Part shown: piece after piece, positions 49,512 through 60,953 of the stretch | Numbering within the stretch: position 1 is the stretch's first letter | Layout: every line of letters starts with the position of its first letter | Source of the DNA: Octopus sinensis | Taxonomy: Eukaryota | Assembly (NCBI RefSeq): GCF_006345805.1 | Contig: NC_043000.1 | Location: 23,498,001 to 23,562,000 of the forward strand | Length of the DNA stretch: 64,000 nt | Direction of reading: 5' to 3' | Notes under the pieces: model-generated | What the model was told of the DNA's origin: nothing | What the model saw: only the letters and a program-made list of their open reading frames with translations | Databases searched by the model: none | Program-made: the position numbers and the translations under genes

Positions 49512-50659
49512 GCTACTTTCAATTTCTGTCCACCAATTTCACTCAGGAGACTTTGGTCAGCCCAGTGCTATAATAGAAGACATATAGAAGACACAAAGGT
49601 GCAATACAGTAGAAATGAACCTGAGACCATAAGGTTCAGAAGCAAACTTATTAATCACACAGCTACACTGGAGTTTAATCCTAAGATTAAACAGAGAGAG
49701 AGAGACAGATAGAGAGAAGGGGGAGGGGGAGAGAGAGGGGGTGACTGAAAACTCTAAGCCCATTAAGCTAATGTTCCACTATCTCAGTTCCCTCTGTTAT
49801 GGAAAATTCCAATTAATTTTAAAACTTTAATTTCTTTCTAAGTAATAGAATTTCTCATTTATGATAAGGCAACATTGCTTTTTAATTAAGCAAAAAAAAA
49901 AAAAAAAATGGAAACTAATAATATTTTATAGGCAACAATTTTACAAAATGGATTATATGCATTAGTTTATAATTTATTGATAATTAAACATTTAAAATTA
50001 TATATCCATCCATCTTCTTTGTCTACTATTTCTGAGAAGGTTGTTGGAGTAGAGTCCTCAGGCACCTCCTCCTCCATAGGGACCTAACGGAAGCAATCAT
50101 CATTATACTTTCTGGCTGGATTCCTAATCATGACCAACTGAAACTATGGACATTATTTAATCAGCTCATTCTTGGTCAATAGCTAAGTCTCCTGCAAGTT
50201 AGCTGAGCTTGAAGAATCCACTAGTGGAATTCTTTCCACTAAGATTCTAATTTATATTCAATTTAGATATTGTTGCTGATTTAAACACGAAGCCAGCAGT
50301 TATGAGAATGGAGGGTTAATTGATATTATTGACCTCTGTATTCCGTTGATACTTTATTTTATCGACCCCCCCAAAAGAATGAAAAGCGAAGTTGATCTTG
50401 GTGGGGGTGTGAACTGAGAATATAAAGAAGTGAAACAAATAATTTTGGGGTCAAGTTTTGGCACATGGCCAGCAATTTTTTTTCGGTGGGGGTGGGTGTA
50501 AACTGATTCCATCAACCCCAATGCTGAACTGGTGCTTATTTTATCGACTGCCCTCTCCCAAAAGGATAAAAGGCAGAATTTGAACTCAGAATGTAAAGAT
50601 GGATGAAAAGCTGCTAAGCATTTTGCTTGGCGTGCTAACGATTCAGCCAGCTCACCGAC

Positions 50660-50885
50660 TTAATCCTTTCATAACCAACCTGGCTGAAATCACCTCAGGC
50701 TCTGTGGTATAAATGTCTTGTTTCCAAAAGTTCTGAATTAAAATCTTCCAAACCTTAGTCACAATTTATGTTCCTAACATTAGCTTAATGATAGCTAAGT
50801 TATTTTACAAAATTCTTTCTTATATTTAAAATTAATTGAAAGAAACACAGACATCTCAACAGAAATATGGTAACAAAAAGTTTAA
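50660..50885. mobile_element. piggyBac-type MITE (first of an adjacent pair; family of 20615-20834, opposite orientation)
   Basis: ttaatcctttcataacc...ggtaacaaaaagtttaa. Confidence 0.75.
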
Positions 50886-50901
50886 CAAATGATTAATTTA
50901 A

Positions 50902-51448
50902 CCCTTTCGATACCAACCCGGCTGAAACCAGTACAAAAGTCTTGTGTCCAAAAGTTCTGAATTAAAATCTTCCACCAAACCTTAGTCACAATTTATGTTC
51001 CTAAATACTAGCTTAATGATAATTAAATTATTTTACTAAATTCTTTGTTATACTTAAAATTAATTGAAAGAAACACAGAGCATCTCAACAGAAGGAGTGG
51101 CTGTGTGGTAAGTAGCTTGCTTACCAACCACATGGTTCCGGGTTCAGTCCTACTGCGTGGATTTGGTAGATGGAAACTGAAAGAAGCCCATCGTATACAT
51201 GTGTGTGTGTGTATGTTTGTATCTGTGTTTGTCCCCCAACATTGCTTGACAACCGATGCTGGTGTGTTTACATCCCTGTAACTTAGCAGTTCGGCAAAAG
51301 AGACCGATAGAATAAGTACTAGGCTTACAAAGAATAAGTCCTGGGGCCGATTTGCTCGACCAAAGGCGGTGCTCCAGCATGGCTGCAGTCAAATGACTGA
51401 AACAAGTAAAGGAGTAAAGAGTAAGAGAGAAATATGGTAACAAAAGGG
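50902..51448. mobile_element. piggyBac-type MITE interrupted by a family A SINE (51094-51427)
   Basis: TTAA|CCCTTTCGATACC...GGTAACAAAAGGG|TTAA; the SINE is flanked by agaa/agaa relative to the uninterrupted neighbour. Confidence 0.88.
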
Positions 51449-52294
51449 TTAATCAGAATAAATATTGCTAAGTCGTTTTTCTAACACTCTAATGAATCTG
51501 CCAGCTTACCATTTTATATTCCATTGAAATACGGTCATTGGAGAGGCAGGAGGGTGGAAATAGGAAGAAGAAAAATAAACAAGCAGCAGATCTCATGTGA
51601 TTGTTTTGTTTGTTTCTATCTTATCTGATCAATGTTCACATGCAATATATAGAAATATATTTTATCAATGCTAGCTTGGTTACCACAAAATTATACGAGG
51701 AGCTGCATTGTGTCGACTTGCTAGAAAAAGCAGCCAAATCCACCACCACCAATCGTACCGAATGGTTTTTAAAAAGTAATGCAGTCTTAGACACACTAAA
51801 TCTGAAAAGATAGGAAGGTTATAGCAGGAAAACTTTTCAACACAGGTCTGTTGGATCAGGGCTGATCTATGGCTGAACAACAACATAAATATTACTTTCT
51901 GAAGGTTCAGTCCTACAGCATGATATCTTGGGCAAGTGTCTTCTTTTATGGCCTTGAGAGTGAAATTTGGTAGGTGGAAACTATGTAGAATCCAGGCATG
52001 TGAATATGTGTGCATGCACACACATGGATGTGTGTATATGCATTTGTCTTCATGTCTCTTCACATTCACATTGCTTAAGCAGTGATGGTATTTATGTTCT
52101 TCCTACAGCTCAGCAGAATGACTTTGCAAAGACCAATGGAACAAAAGTTCTTTACTTGAAAATAAACAAGAATGGTACTCAACCATAGAATATTACCTCA
52201 ACAAGTCTCATCCAATCCATGCTTGTGTGGAAGAAGCAGATGTAAAAACTATGATGATTATGATGATGATGACAATATTTTGACAGAAGAAAAT

Positions 52295-52680
52295 GGTTGT
52301 GTGGTAAGTAGCTTGCTTAACAACAACATGGTTCTGGGTTCAGTCCCATTGCGTGCCACCTTGGGCAAGTGTCTTCTACTATAGCCTCGGGCCGACCAAA
52401 GCCTTGTGAGTGGATTTGGTAGACGGAAACTGAAAGAAGCCTGTTGTATATATGTATATATATGTGTGTGTTTGTGTGTCTGTTTGTTCCCCCAACATCG
52501 CTTGACAACTGATGCTGGTGCGTTTACATTGCCGTAACTAAGCGGTTCGGCAAAAGAGGCCAATAGAATAAGTACTAGGGTTACAAAGAATAAGTCCTGG
52601 GGTCTATTTGTTCGACTAAAGGCGGTGCTCCAGCATGGCCACAGTCAGATGACTGAAACAAGTAAAAGAGAGTAAAGAGT
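52295..52680 (+). mobile_element. Family A SINE
   Basis: Family A consensus features. Confidence 0.88.
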
Positions 52681-54051
52681 ATTATCAATTAACATCCATT
52701 TTCCATGCTGGCATAGGTTGAACGGTTTGGCCGGAGCTCTGGACAGCTGCCCAAGTTCCAGCTGTCTCTGTTTTGGCATGGGTTCTATGGTGGGATGCTC
52801 TTCCTAATGCCAACAATTTTACAGAGTGTACTAAGCATTGGTACTTTTTACGTGTTAAAATTCTTCAAGGGTTATTTACTGTAAAGGGTCCCACAAGACC
52901 CACTTCTCAGTAGGCAGGAGATAAAGTGTAAGGAGAAACAAGAGGGGACTATGAGACTATATATAAGTTAGTGTATCAATTTCTACAGTATACCTTCTTT
53001 TAAATGAAATGGCAGAGATATGATATTTTGTTGAAATTTGAGCAAACATTTCAACTATCTACTTTGGTTACCAAATTTGCTATTTGGCATTACTCGACTG
53101 ATAATATTTATATCATTTAAAGACAGTTTAACATATATATGAATATATATACAGACACATACTCAAGATTAGTTTGCAATTAAATGATATGAAGACGAAC
53201 ATAAAAAATATAGTGAATGTTATCACTCTCAGACAAGTTTTGAATAGTATTTTTTTTTAATAAGAGCATCATCATCGTTAACAGCGGCAGTAATGGAGAT
53301 CAACGATCAATTTGGCAGACATTTTCACATTAACATAAATTGTTTCCACTGTTTCATTTTCAATTAGTCTTTTTTATTATTTGCAAAACAGATCTGTCTG
53401 TCTTATTCTAAGGTAGACAGATCCACTTTACATATATATATATATATATATATATTTTGATAAAAATTATAATATCTGCCAAGAAAGTAGTTTGACTTAA
53501 GCACTGGATTATCTTCATATTTTCCTTGTGAATAGCAATGAAAAAAATTAAAAATGCTTTGTTGAACATGAACAAGTTCTTCACATTTAGATTTGTGCAT
53601 ATTTTTTTCTTTTATCAAGTATTGAATATCAATGGTAACACCAGTTAATTTTTCAGCAAAAAGAATACGTTTTTGTGTTTCTTTTCCCCCCTTAGCTTTA
53701 CAATCATGTGTTGAATAGTTCAACTGCATTAAACTAATGGGTGAGACATAGAGATTGTGAGATTCAGAACTACACAGAGAAAACTTCCAAGCTTTGCAGT
53801 TATGATGCATCCACGAGGGAAATGTAAACATGAACTGCCTGACTTGCAAAAATATGGCAGCCAAATATGCCTCAAATTATACCTTTTAAAAAAGTAAAGG
53901 ATACATAGAAAAATTTAGTCCTAGATATAAAAGAAATAGGATGGCCACAGCTGGAGCACCTTAGATTGTAAATTTACTCAATGATGGCTGAAATGGAGCT
54001 AAACACTTGTTTTATTTCATAGTGCATCTTCCCTGTTGAGTGTCTCCCCAC

Positions 54052-54089
<38 letters not shown>

Positions 54090-54309
54090 TTTATATATCG
54101 TAACTGTTTTGATGTTTACTTTTTTCCATCCTTGCATAAATCAAACAAGACTATAGTGGGGCAGGGATTTTATGGCCAGATGCCCTTCCTGATGACAACC
54201 CTCAGCTGGTATTAAGCAAGGTAATTTCTCCAAACAATGAACAACCTGGACATAGTTATGCAGAGAACACGAAACAAACGACACCACTGGAATGCATCTT
54301 TTGTTATAT

Positions 54310-54675
54310 GAAATGCTTACCAACCACATGGTTCCGGGTTCAGTCCCACTGCGTGACACCTTGGGCAAGTGTCCTCTATAGCCTCGGACCAACCAAAGCC
54401 TTGTGAGTAGATTTGGTAGACAGAAACTGAAACAAGCCCGTTGTATATATGTATAAATATATATATATGTGTGTGTGTCTGTGTTGTCCCCCCAACATCA
54501 CTTGACAACCGATGCTGGTGTGTTTACGTCCCCGTAACTTAGCGGTTCGGCAAAAGAGACAGAATAAGTACTAGGCTTCCAAAGAATAAGTCCTGGGGTC
54601 GATTTGCTCGACTAAAGGCAGTGCCCCAGCATGGCCACAGTCAAATGACTGAAACAAGTAAAAGAGAGTAAAGAG
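54310..54675 (+). mobile_element. Family A SINE (5'-truncated)
   Basis: Family A consensus features. Confidence 0.88.
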
Positions 54676-55070
54676 TATATCAACAAGCCTGGACATGCTT
54701 TCATAGCAGACAGCAAGCAAACAACATTGCCTGCATGAGCTGTGAGGATTTTGTTTACAACCAGCAAACACACAAGAAAATGAAGGGAAATATGAACTCA
54801 CTGATATGAACACACTCCCACATACACATACGATGGGCTTCAGTTTCACTGACAAGGTATTCATCTCATTTGAAGGCAACAATTTTGCGTGGTGCAGGAG
54901 TGGCTGTGTGGTAAGTAGCTTGCCTACCAACCACATGCTTCTGGGTTCAGTCCTACTGATGGTACCTTAGGCAAGTGTCTTCTACTACAGCTTCAGGCTG
55001 ACCAAAGCCTTGTGAGTGGATTTTGTAGACAGAAACTGAAAGAAGACCGTCGTCTATATATATATATATA

Positions 55071-55458
55071 CTAGCAGTATCGCCCGGCGTTGCTCGGGTT
55101 TGTTTCAACCCACTGGAATTGGAATTTTTGAAAAGTAAAAATTTTGCATGATGTAGCTTGTTATTCTCTTCAAGTAAACATTTTTCTGGTTGAAATACAC
55201 CGAAAAGTGGCGACACAGCAGTGAAAAAATCGTAAAAAATAGGGATTTTCAAAGAAAAAAGCACCTTTTTGATGTAAATAATTTTTGGTGTTAACTTGAT
55301 CCGACTTGAATTTTATCTTCTACGGAAGGAAGAGCAACCCTTCTATCATACTCTCAATTTTGGTCAACTTGTGCCACAGGGTCTCGGAGGAGATAGTGTT
55401 AGTTGAAGGCTACCAAACCTGGCGCACACAGACAACTTCAGCTTTATATAGAGAGAGA
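55071..55458 (-). mobile_element. Short non-autonomous Helitron (388 bp) inserted in the (TA)n of a family A SINE 5' half (about 54895-55070)
   Basis: Minus strand: A|TCtctctctatataaagctgaag...aaacccgagcaacgccgggcgatactgCTAG|T, i.e. a terminal hairpin followed by CTAG. Confidence 0.85.
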
Positions 55459-55659
55459 TAACACACACACATTAATACACATACATACACACACACATCT
55501 ATGTATGCATGGATGTATGTATATATGTACATCTGTCCACTTCTTGCCATATTTTTATCCTTCACTTCCTACACACACACACACGCACGCACGCACACAC
55601 ACCTTCTTAGCTTACAATTTTCTTTCAACAATTGACACTGTCATATATGTATATGTTTG

Positions 55660-56460
55660 CGTGTCTATGTGTGTAAAGAGAAAGTGTGCTAATAGGCGGA
55701 GTAAAGCCTTTGAAGTGAGAGAGGGAAATCGTAAAATATTGAGTTTTTTCAAATTTTTGCTTAATTGGGGGTCAAATTGAAAGAAATTTATATGACACCA
55801 CACGGTTGCAGGTTCAGTCCCACTGTGTGGCATCTTGGGCAAGTGTCTTCTGCTATAGCCCCGGGCCGACCAATGCCTTGTGAGTGGATTTGGTAGACGG
55901 AAACTGAAAGAAGCCTGTCGTATATATGTATATATATATATGTATCCGTGTGTTTGTGTGTCTGTGTTTGTCCCCCTAGCATTGCTTGACAACCGATGCT
56001 GGTGTGTTTAGGTCCCCGTCACTTAGCGGTTTGGCAAAAAGAGACCGATAGAATAAGTACTAAAAGGTGGTGCTCCAGCATGGCCACAGTCAAATGACTG
56101 AAACAAGTAAAAGAGTAAAGAGTAAAAGAGAGTATGACCGAATAGAATGTACTTCGAAAAATCATAGGTAAATTCCAATTGAAGAAATTGTGTGAGGAGT
56201 AAATCATTATGTATTTATTTGTTTCCGTTTGCTCTGTATTTTTTTGAGTAGTGGTTTAAGGTACACTTGCAAAGAGAAAGTAGGAGAAAGTATGGTAATA
56301 GCAGGAGTGAAGCAGTTGAAATTAGAGAGGCAAATCGTAAAATATTTACTTTTCTTGAATTTTTGCTTAATTGGGGGTCAAATTGAAAAAAACTTTATAT
56401 GCCATGACCCAATCGAATCTACTTCCAAAAATCATAGGTAAATTCTAATTGAAGAAATTC
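55660..56460. repeat. Diverged tandem unit of about 270 bp, interrupted by a family A SINE (about 55795-56133)
   Basis: aaatcgtaaaatatt...gcttaattgggggtcaaattgaaa occurs at about 55727 and 56333; atgacc.aat.gaat.tacttc.aaaaatcataggtaaatt occurs at about 56134 and 56404. Confidence 0.7.
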
Positions 56461-57080
56461 TATATTGTAGAATTGTATTAAAAAGGAACATGGGAACAGG
56501 CAGAGAAAATCTGCCTTTTATCATAAGAGATATACACACACACACGTGTGTGTGTGTGTTTATGTTTCTGTGTGTCTCCACCATCGTTTGACAACCGATG
56601 ATGGTGGGTTTACGTCCCTGTAACTTAGCAGTTCGGCAAAAGATACTGATAGAATAAGTACTAGGCTTACAAAGAATAAGTCCTGGGGTCGATTTGTTCG
56701 ACTAAATGTGGTACTCCAGCATGGCTGCAGTCAAATGACTGAAACAAATAAAAGAATATTATTTCCTTAAGGCAGTGAGCAGGCAGAATCGTTAGCAGCA
56801 TTCTGTCCATCTTTACATTTTGAGTTCACATTTCTCTGAGGCTGACTTTGCCTTTCAACTTGCGGGTGGTGGTGGAGTATTAATAAAAAAAAGGGCACCA
56901 GTTGAGCACTGTGGTCGATGTAATCAACTTAATCCTGTCCCTGAAATTGCTGGCCTTGTGCCAAAACTTGAAATTAGTATTTACTTAGTTACTCCAACAT
57001 AAATATGCTCAAGAATTAATAGAATTTACCACTTTTGCAATCATATTCCTGTTGAAATGTACCGTCATAACTGTCATTAA

Positions 57081-57302
57081 CCCTTTAGCATTCAAACCGG
57101 CCAAATCCAGCCCCAAATATTCTACTTGTTTTATGTTCAAACTGGCCAGATCTGGCTTCTCACATTTATTGTACAATGTCATTCTAAGAATAAGCAATCA
57201 CATCCTCAAAATTTCAATACTACGATGTTTTTGCATGGTTAATTCAAAACAATTTGATTACATAAGCATTACATTTGACAGAATAATCTGAATACCAAAG
57301 GG
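57081..57302. mobile_element. piggyBac-type MITE, second family
   Basis: TTAA|CCCTTTAGCATTC...GAATACCAAAGGG|TTAA; TTAA at 57077-57080 and 57303-57306. Confidence 0.9.
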
Positions 57303-57912
57303 TTAAGCTGGAGTTCAGAACTTGAAAATTTTGATGGTAGGTTTTAATTTAAAACTCTTTAAAACAGGAAGTTTACATCACAGAACCAGGGGCTGATTCA
57401 GACTGGTTAGAATCAAAAGGGCTATGAGAGAAGCCCCTTTACGATCATCATTAGCAGTAAATTAATTAATATGCTACCAATTCATTTTATAGTGATATTT
57501 GTAAAGAAACTTCATATGAAGAAGTCTTTGATTGGTTGCAGTTTAATTTTCTTCAATTCCTTTGTTAGCAATGGATTTTTCAGATTATTATCAAACTTGT
57601 CAAGCAAGTTCTAATGTTCACACTGAGATATCAATGTTACAGAGATATGTTGTCAGACTTCTTTTTTTATCACCCACACATCAGAAGGAATACAAGGATT
57701 GCTATTCTATGTTGACCTAAAAGGCAAGCTCTGTATGATATTCTATATGACAAATCAGTTTTATAGAAATATAAGTTTAGGCTATCCTTACATTGAGAAT
57801 AAACCTTAATTTTGTCACTCAGATCTATATCAGTGATTCCCAATCATTTTATTTAAATGAGTTTTACCATGGATCCCTTTTAATATGCTTACCCTTATGT
57901 ATGTATGTATCT

Positions 57913-58262
57913 ATCATCATCATCATCATCGTTTAACATCCGTTCTCCATGCTAGCATGGGTTGGACGGTTCGACCGGGGTTCTGGGAAGCCAGAAGGCT
58001 GCACCAGGCTCCAGTCTAATCTGGCAATGTTTCTACAGCTGGATGCCCTTCCTAACACCAACCACTCCGTGAGTGTAGTGGGTGCTTTTTACGTGCCAGG
58101 CGAGGCTGGCAACGGCCATGGTCGGATTGGTGTATTTTATGTGCCACCGGCACGGAAGCCAGTCGAGGCGGTGCTGGCATCGGCCACGAGTCGGATAGTG
58201 CTTTTTACGTACCACCAGACCAGGGATCCTGGCTGGTTCAATTCGATTTCGATTTCGCTTGC
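57913..58262 (-). mobile_element. Family C SINE-like retroposon
   Basis: Family C signature. Confidence 0.9.
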
Positions 58263-58434
58263 CCCAACATGTCTTCACAAGCAAAGGGGGTTGGCAAGCA
58301 GCAGAAATATCACAAAAACTGTTACTCAGAGTTTTGAAAATGGTGTTGTTTCATTGGTCCTTTCCATTTTGAAAAGTGTATCATTTAAACTATTTTACGT
58401 TTGGTTATATTATAATTTCTGCTCCATTCTAACA

Positions 58435-58478
58435 AAACTGTCCGACGAATAGGAACGTGAAACTCTGAGTAACAGTTT
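58435..58478 (+). ncRNA. Type I hammerhead ribozyme-like motif, U4C variant, within an inverted repeat
   Basis: aaactgt-CCGACGA-ataggaacgt-GAAAC-tctga-GTA-acagttt: perfect 7-bp helix I, short helix III, weak helix II; AATAAA at 58501. Confidence 0.6.
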
Positions 58479-58579
58479 ACGTGATATTTGTGCTGCTTTT
58501 AATAAAGCATATTACTCTGCCTCTAGTATTTGAGTATTCTTTTTACCACCTTGTTTCGCATTTATGTGTTTACTCCGGT

Positions 58580-58613
<34 letters not shown>

Positions 58614-60645
58614 GAGATTCTGAATTTAGTTCACAGACCCCTAGTACTACCTTTGCAGACCACTGGGGGTGCGTGGACCCCAGGTTGGGTACAACTGATA
58701 TCGTGCATCTTTATAAAATTAAATGATTAAACTATACTGTGACATGAGATCGAAAAGTCTCTATCATCATAACACACATACACACACAATGTTAAAATCC
58801 AAGCTATGACCTCTTCAAGCACATCTGCTTATTTTGTTATTCCAAATGTGTGTGTAGATGTTGTAATTGTGTGAGGTATCCACAAGAGTTGAAAATACTG
58901 GGAAATATTTTGTGCAAAGTAATAATATCAAAACAGGAGATTGGAAAAGGTTTGGCAAATAAATAATACCAAAAAATTTTCCAATCTCCAGTTTTGAGAT
59001 ATACTCTGTGGCATCTTGGGAAAGTGTCTTCTTCTATTCTACTGTAGTCCTATACTGATGAAAGCCTTGTGAGCAGATTTGATAAACAGAAAGAAACCAA
59101 TCATGGTGTGTGTGTGCACATGTGAGCAGGTGTGTGTTTATGTATTCTCATGTTGACACCATGCAGATGTTGTAAACAAGCATCACTGTCATACAAGTGG
59201 TGTCCATTTCCAATTTTATTTAAAAACATGACTAGTCATGAGGAAGAATTGGTCGAGATCTCTGTCAGTTATAATGACAAGCGTTCCAGTTTATCCAATC
59301 AACAACAGAACAACTGCTTGTGAAATTAACTGAGCACTTCACAGGCATGTGTATCTTTAACATGTTCTGAGAGATTCAGCATGGTAAGGCCAACCCATTA
59401 CATAATAGGTACAACTCATTTTTGCCAACTAAGTGGACTGGTGCAATGAGAAATAAAGTGTCTTGCTCAAGGACACAATGTGCCACTGGGAATTGAAGCC
59501 ACAGCCTTTTAATTGTGAGCTGAATATCCTGGCCTTCTCTTGGTTGGATAGTTGAGGGTTGGTGACAAGAAGGGCATCTGGTCATAGAAAATCTACCTTC
59601 ACAAATTCTGTCCTATCCATGCTAGCATAGAAAAGTGGACATTAAAATGATGATGATTTATTTTATATAAATTTATTTATATAAAATGAAATATTAAAAA
59701 CTAATGTATTGGTTCATAGTTTATTTACTTCAGTAATCATTGTGATTACATGAGGTAGTGACAAGTAACAGGGACCTCTGGTAATATAATGGGCTTGAGA
59801 AGACCTCTCAAAGCCATGTGAGACTATAGTTGTGGCCAATGCCAGTGTTTCGTAACTGGCACCCATGCTGGTGGCACATAAAAAGCAGCCACAACACTCT
59901 TGGAGTGGTTGGTGTAAAGAAGGGCACTCAGCTGTAGAAACCATGGCAAATCAGCTTACCAGTTTTCAGTCAAACTATCCAACCTATGCCAGCATTGAAT
60001 AATGATGATGATATTTTCAGTTTTTAAGGCAATTTAGGTCCCCCCTCCCAACCAAATCAAGATCTGTATTATATATGGTAACAGATTACACACGATCTTT
60101 TACAATATTTAAAACTACATCTTTTTATGCTAGTATTGTAGCATGGTTATAGCTAACAAGCTGAAACAAAACCAAAAATATACATCTAAACTCCAAAAGT
60201 GCCCAATTTTTAATGACTCTTAATATGACATTAAAACAATGACGATATAATAAATGTTAATATAATATGATACACACATACACACACAATTAGTTTGAAA
60301 CTGATGATTCACTTTGGTGCATTTGCTCAGGCTATAAATGTCTACATCTAATGTAGTTTTATTGGAAAAGGTTGGAGCTACATTCTAGAGACTTTGACAA
60401 TTAGCTGGACTATAATCCAGCTAATATCAGACATGCTGTCTCCAGCTTGGAGTTGGCTTGTCCCAAAACTTCTGTACATAATGAACATCCTCACCATCAT
60501 CCCTTTGTTTTCCCCAGACTACTACTTTTCTTTATTCCATGCCATCACTGTCTCTTTTCACCTCAAACTACTCTTCATTGACATCCACCATTCCTACTTA
60601 CCATTATATACCTCTACTCCTATCCATCATGCTGTTATCTTTATT

Positions 60646-60953
60646 GTTGCCAGTGGCATGTAAAAAGCACCATCTGAACATGGCCGATGCCAGCACCGCC
60701 TTGACTGGCTTGTGTGCTGGTGGCACGTAAAAAGCACCAACCGATCATGGCCGCTGCCAGCCTCCGGTGGCACGTAAAAAGCATGCACAACACTCACAGA
60801 GTGGTTGGCGTTAGGAAAGGCATCCAGCTGTAGAAACACTGCCAGATCAGACTGGAGCCTGAGCAGCCTCCTGGCTTCCCAGACCCCGGTCAAACTGTCC
60901 AACCTGTGCTAGTATGGAAAATGGATGTTAAACGATGATGATGATGATGATGA
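60646..60953 (+). mobile_element. Family C SINE-like retroposon
   Basis: Family C signature with (GAT)n tail. Confidence 0.9.

Noticed and set aside
59714-59800. IIYYQR motif on the minus strand as PRA1 exon 1
   Set aside because: The surrounding residues do not match PRA1 and the region abuts a decayed family C copy.
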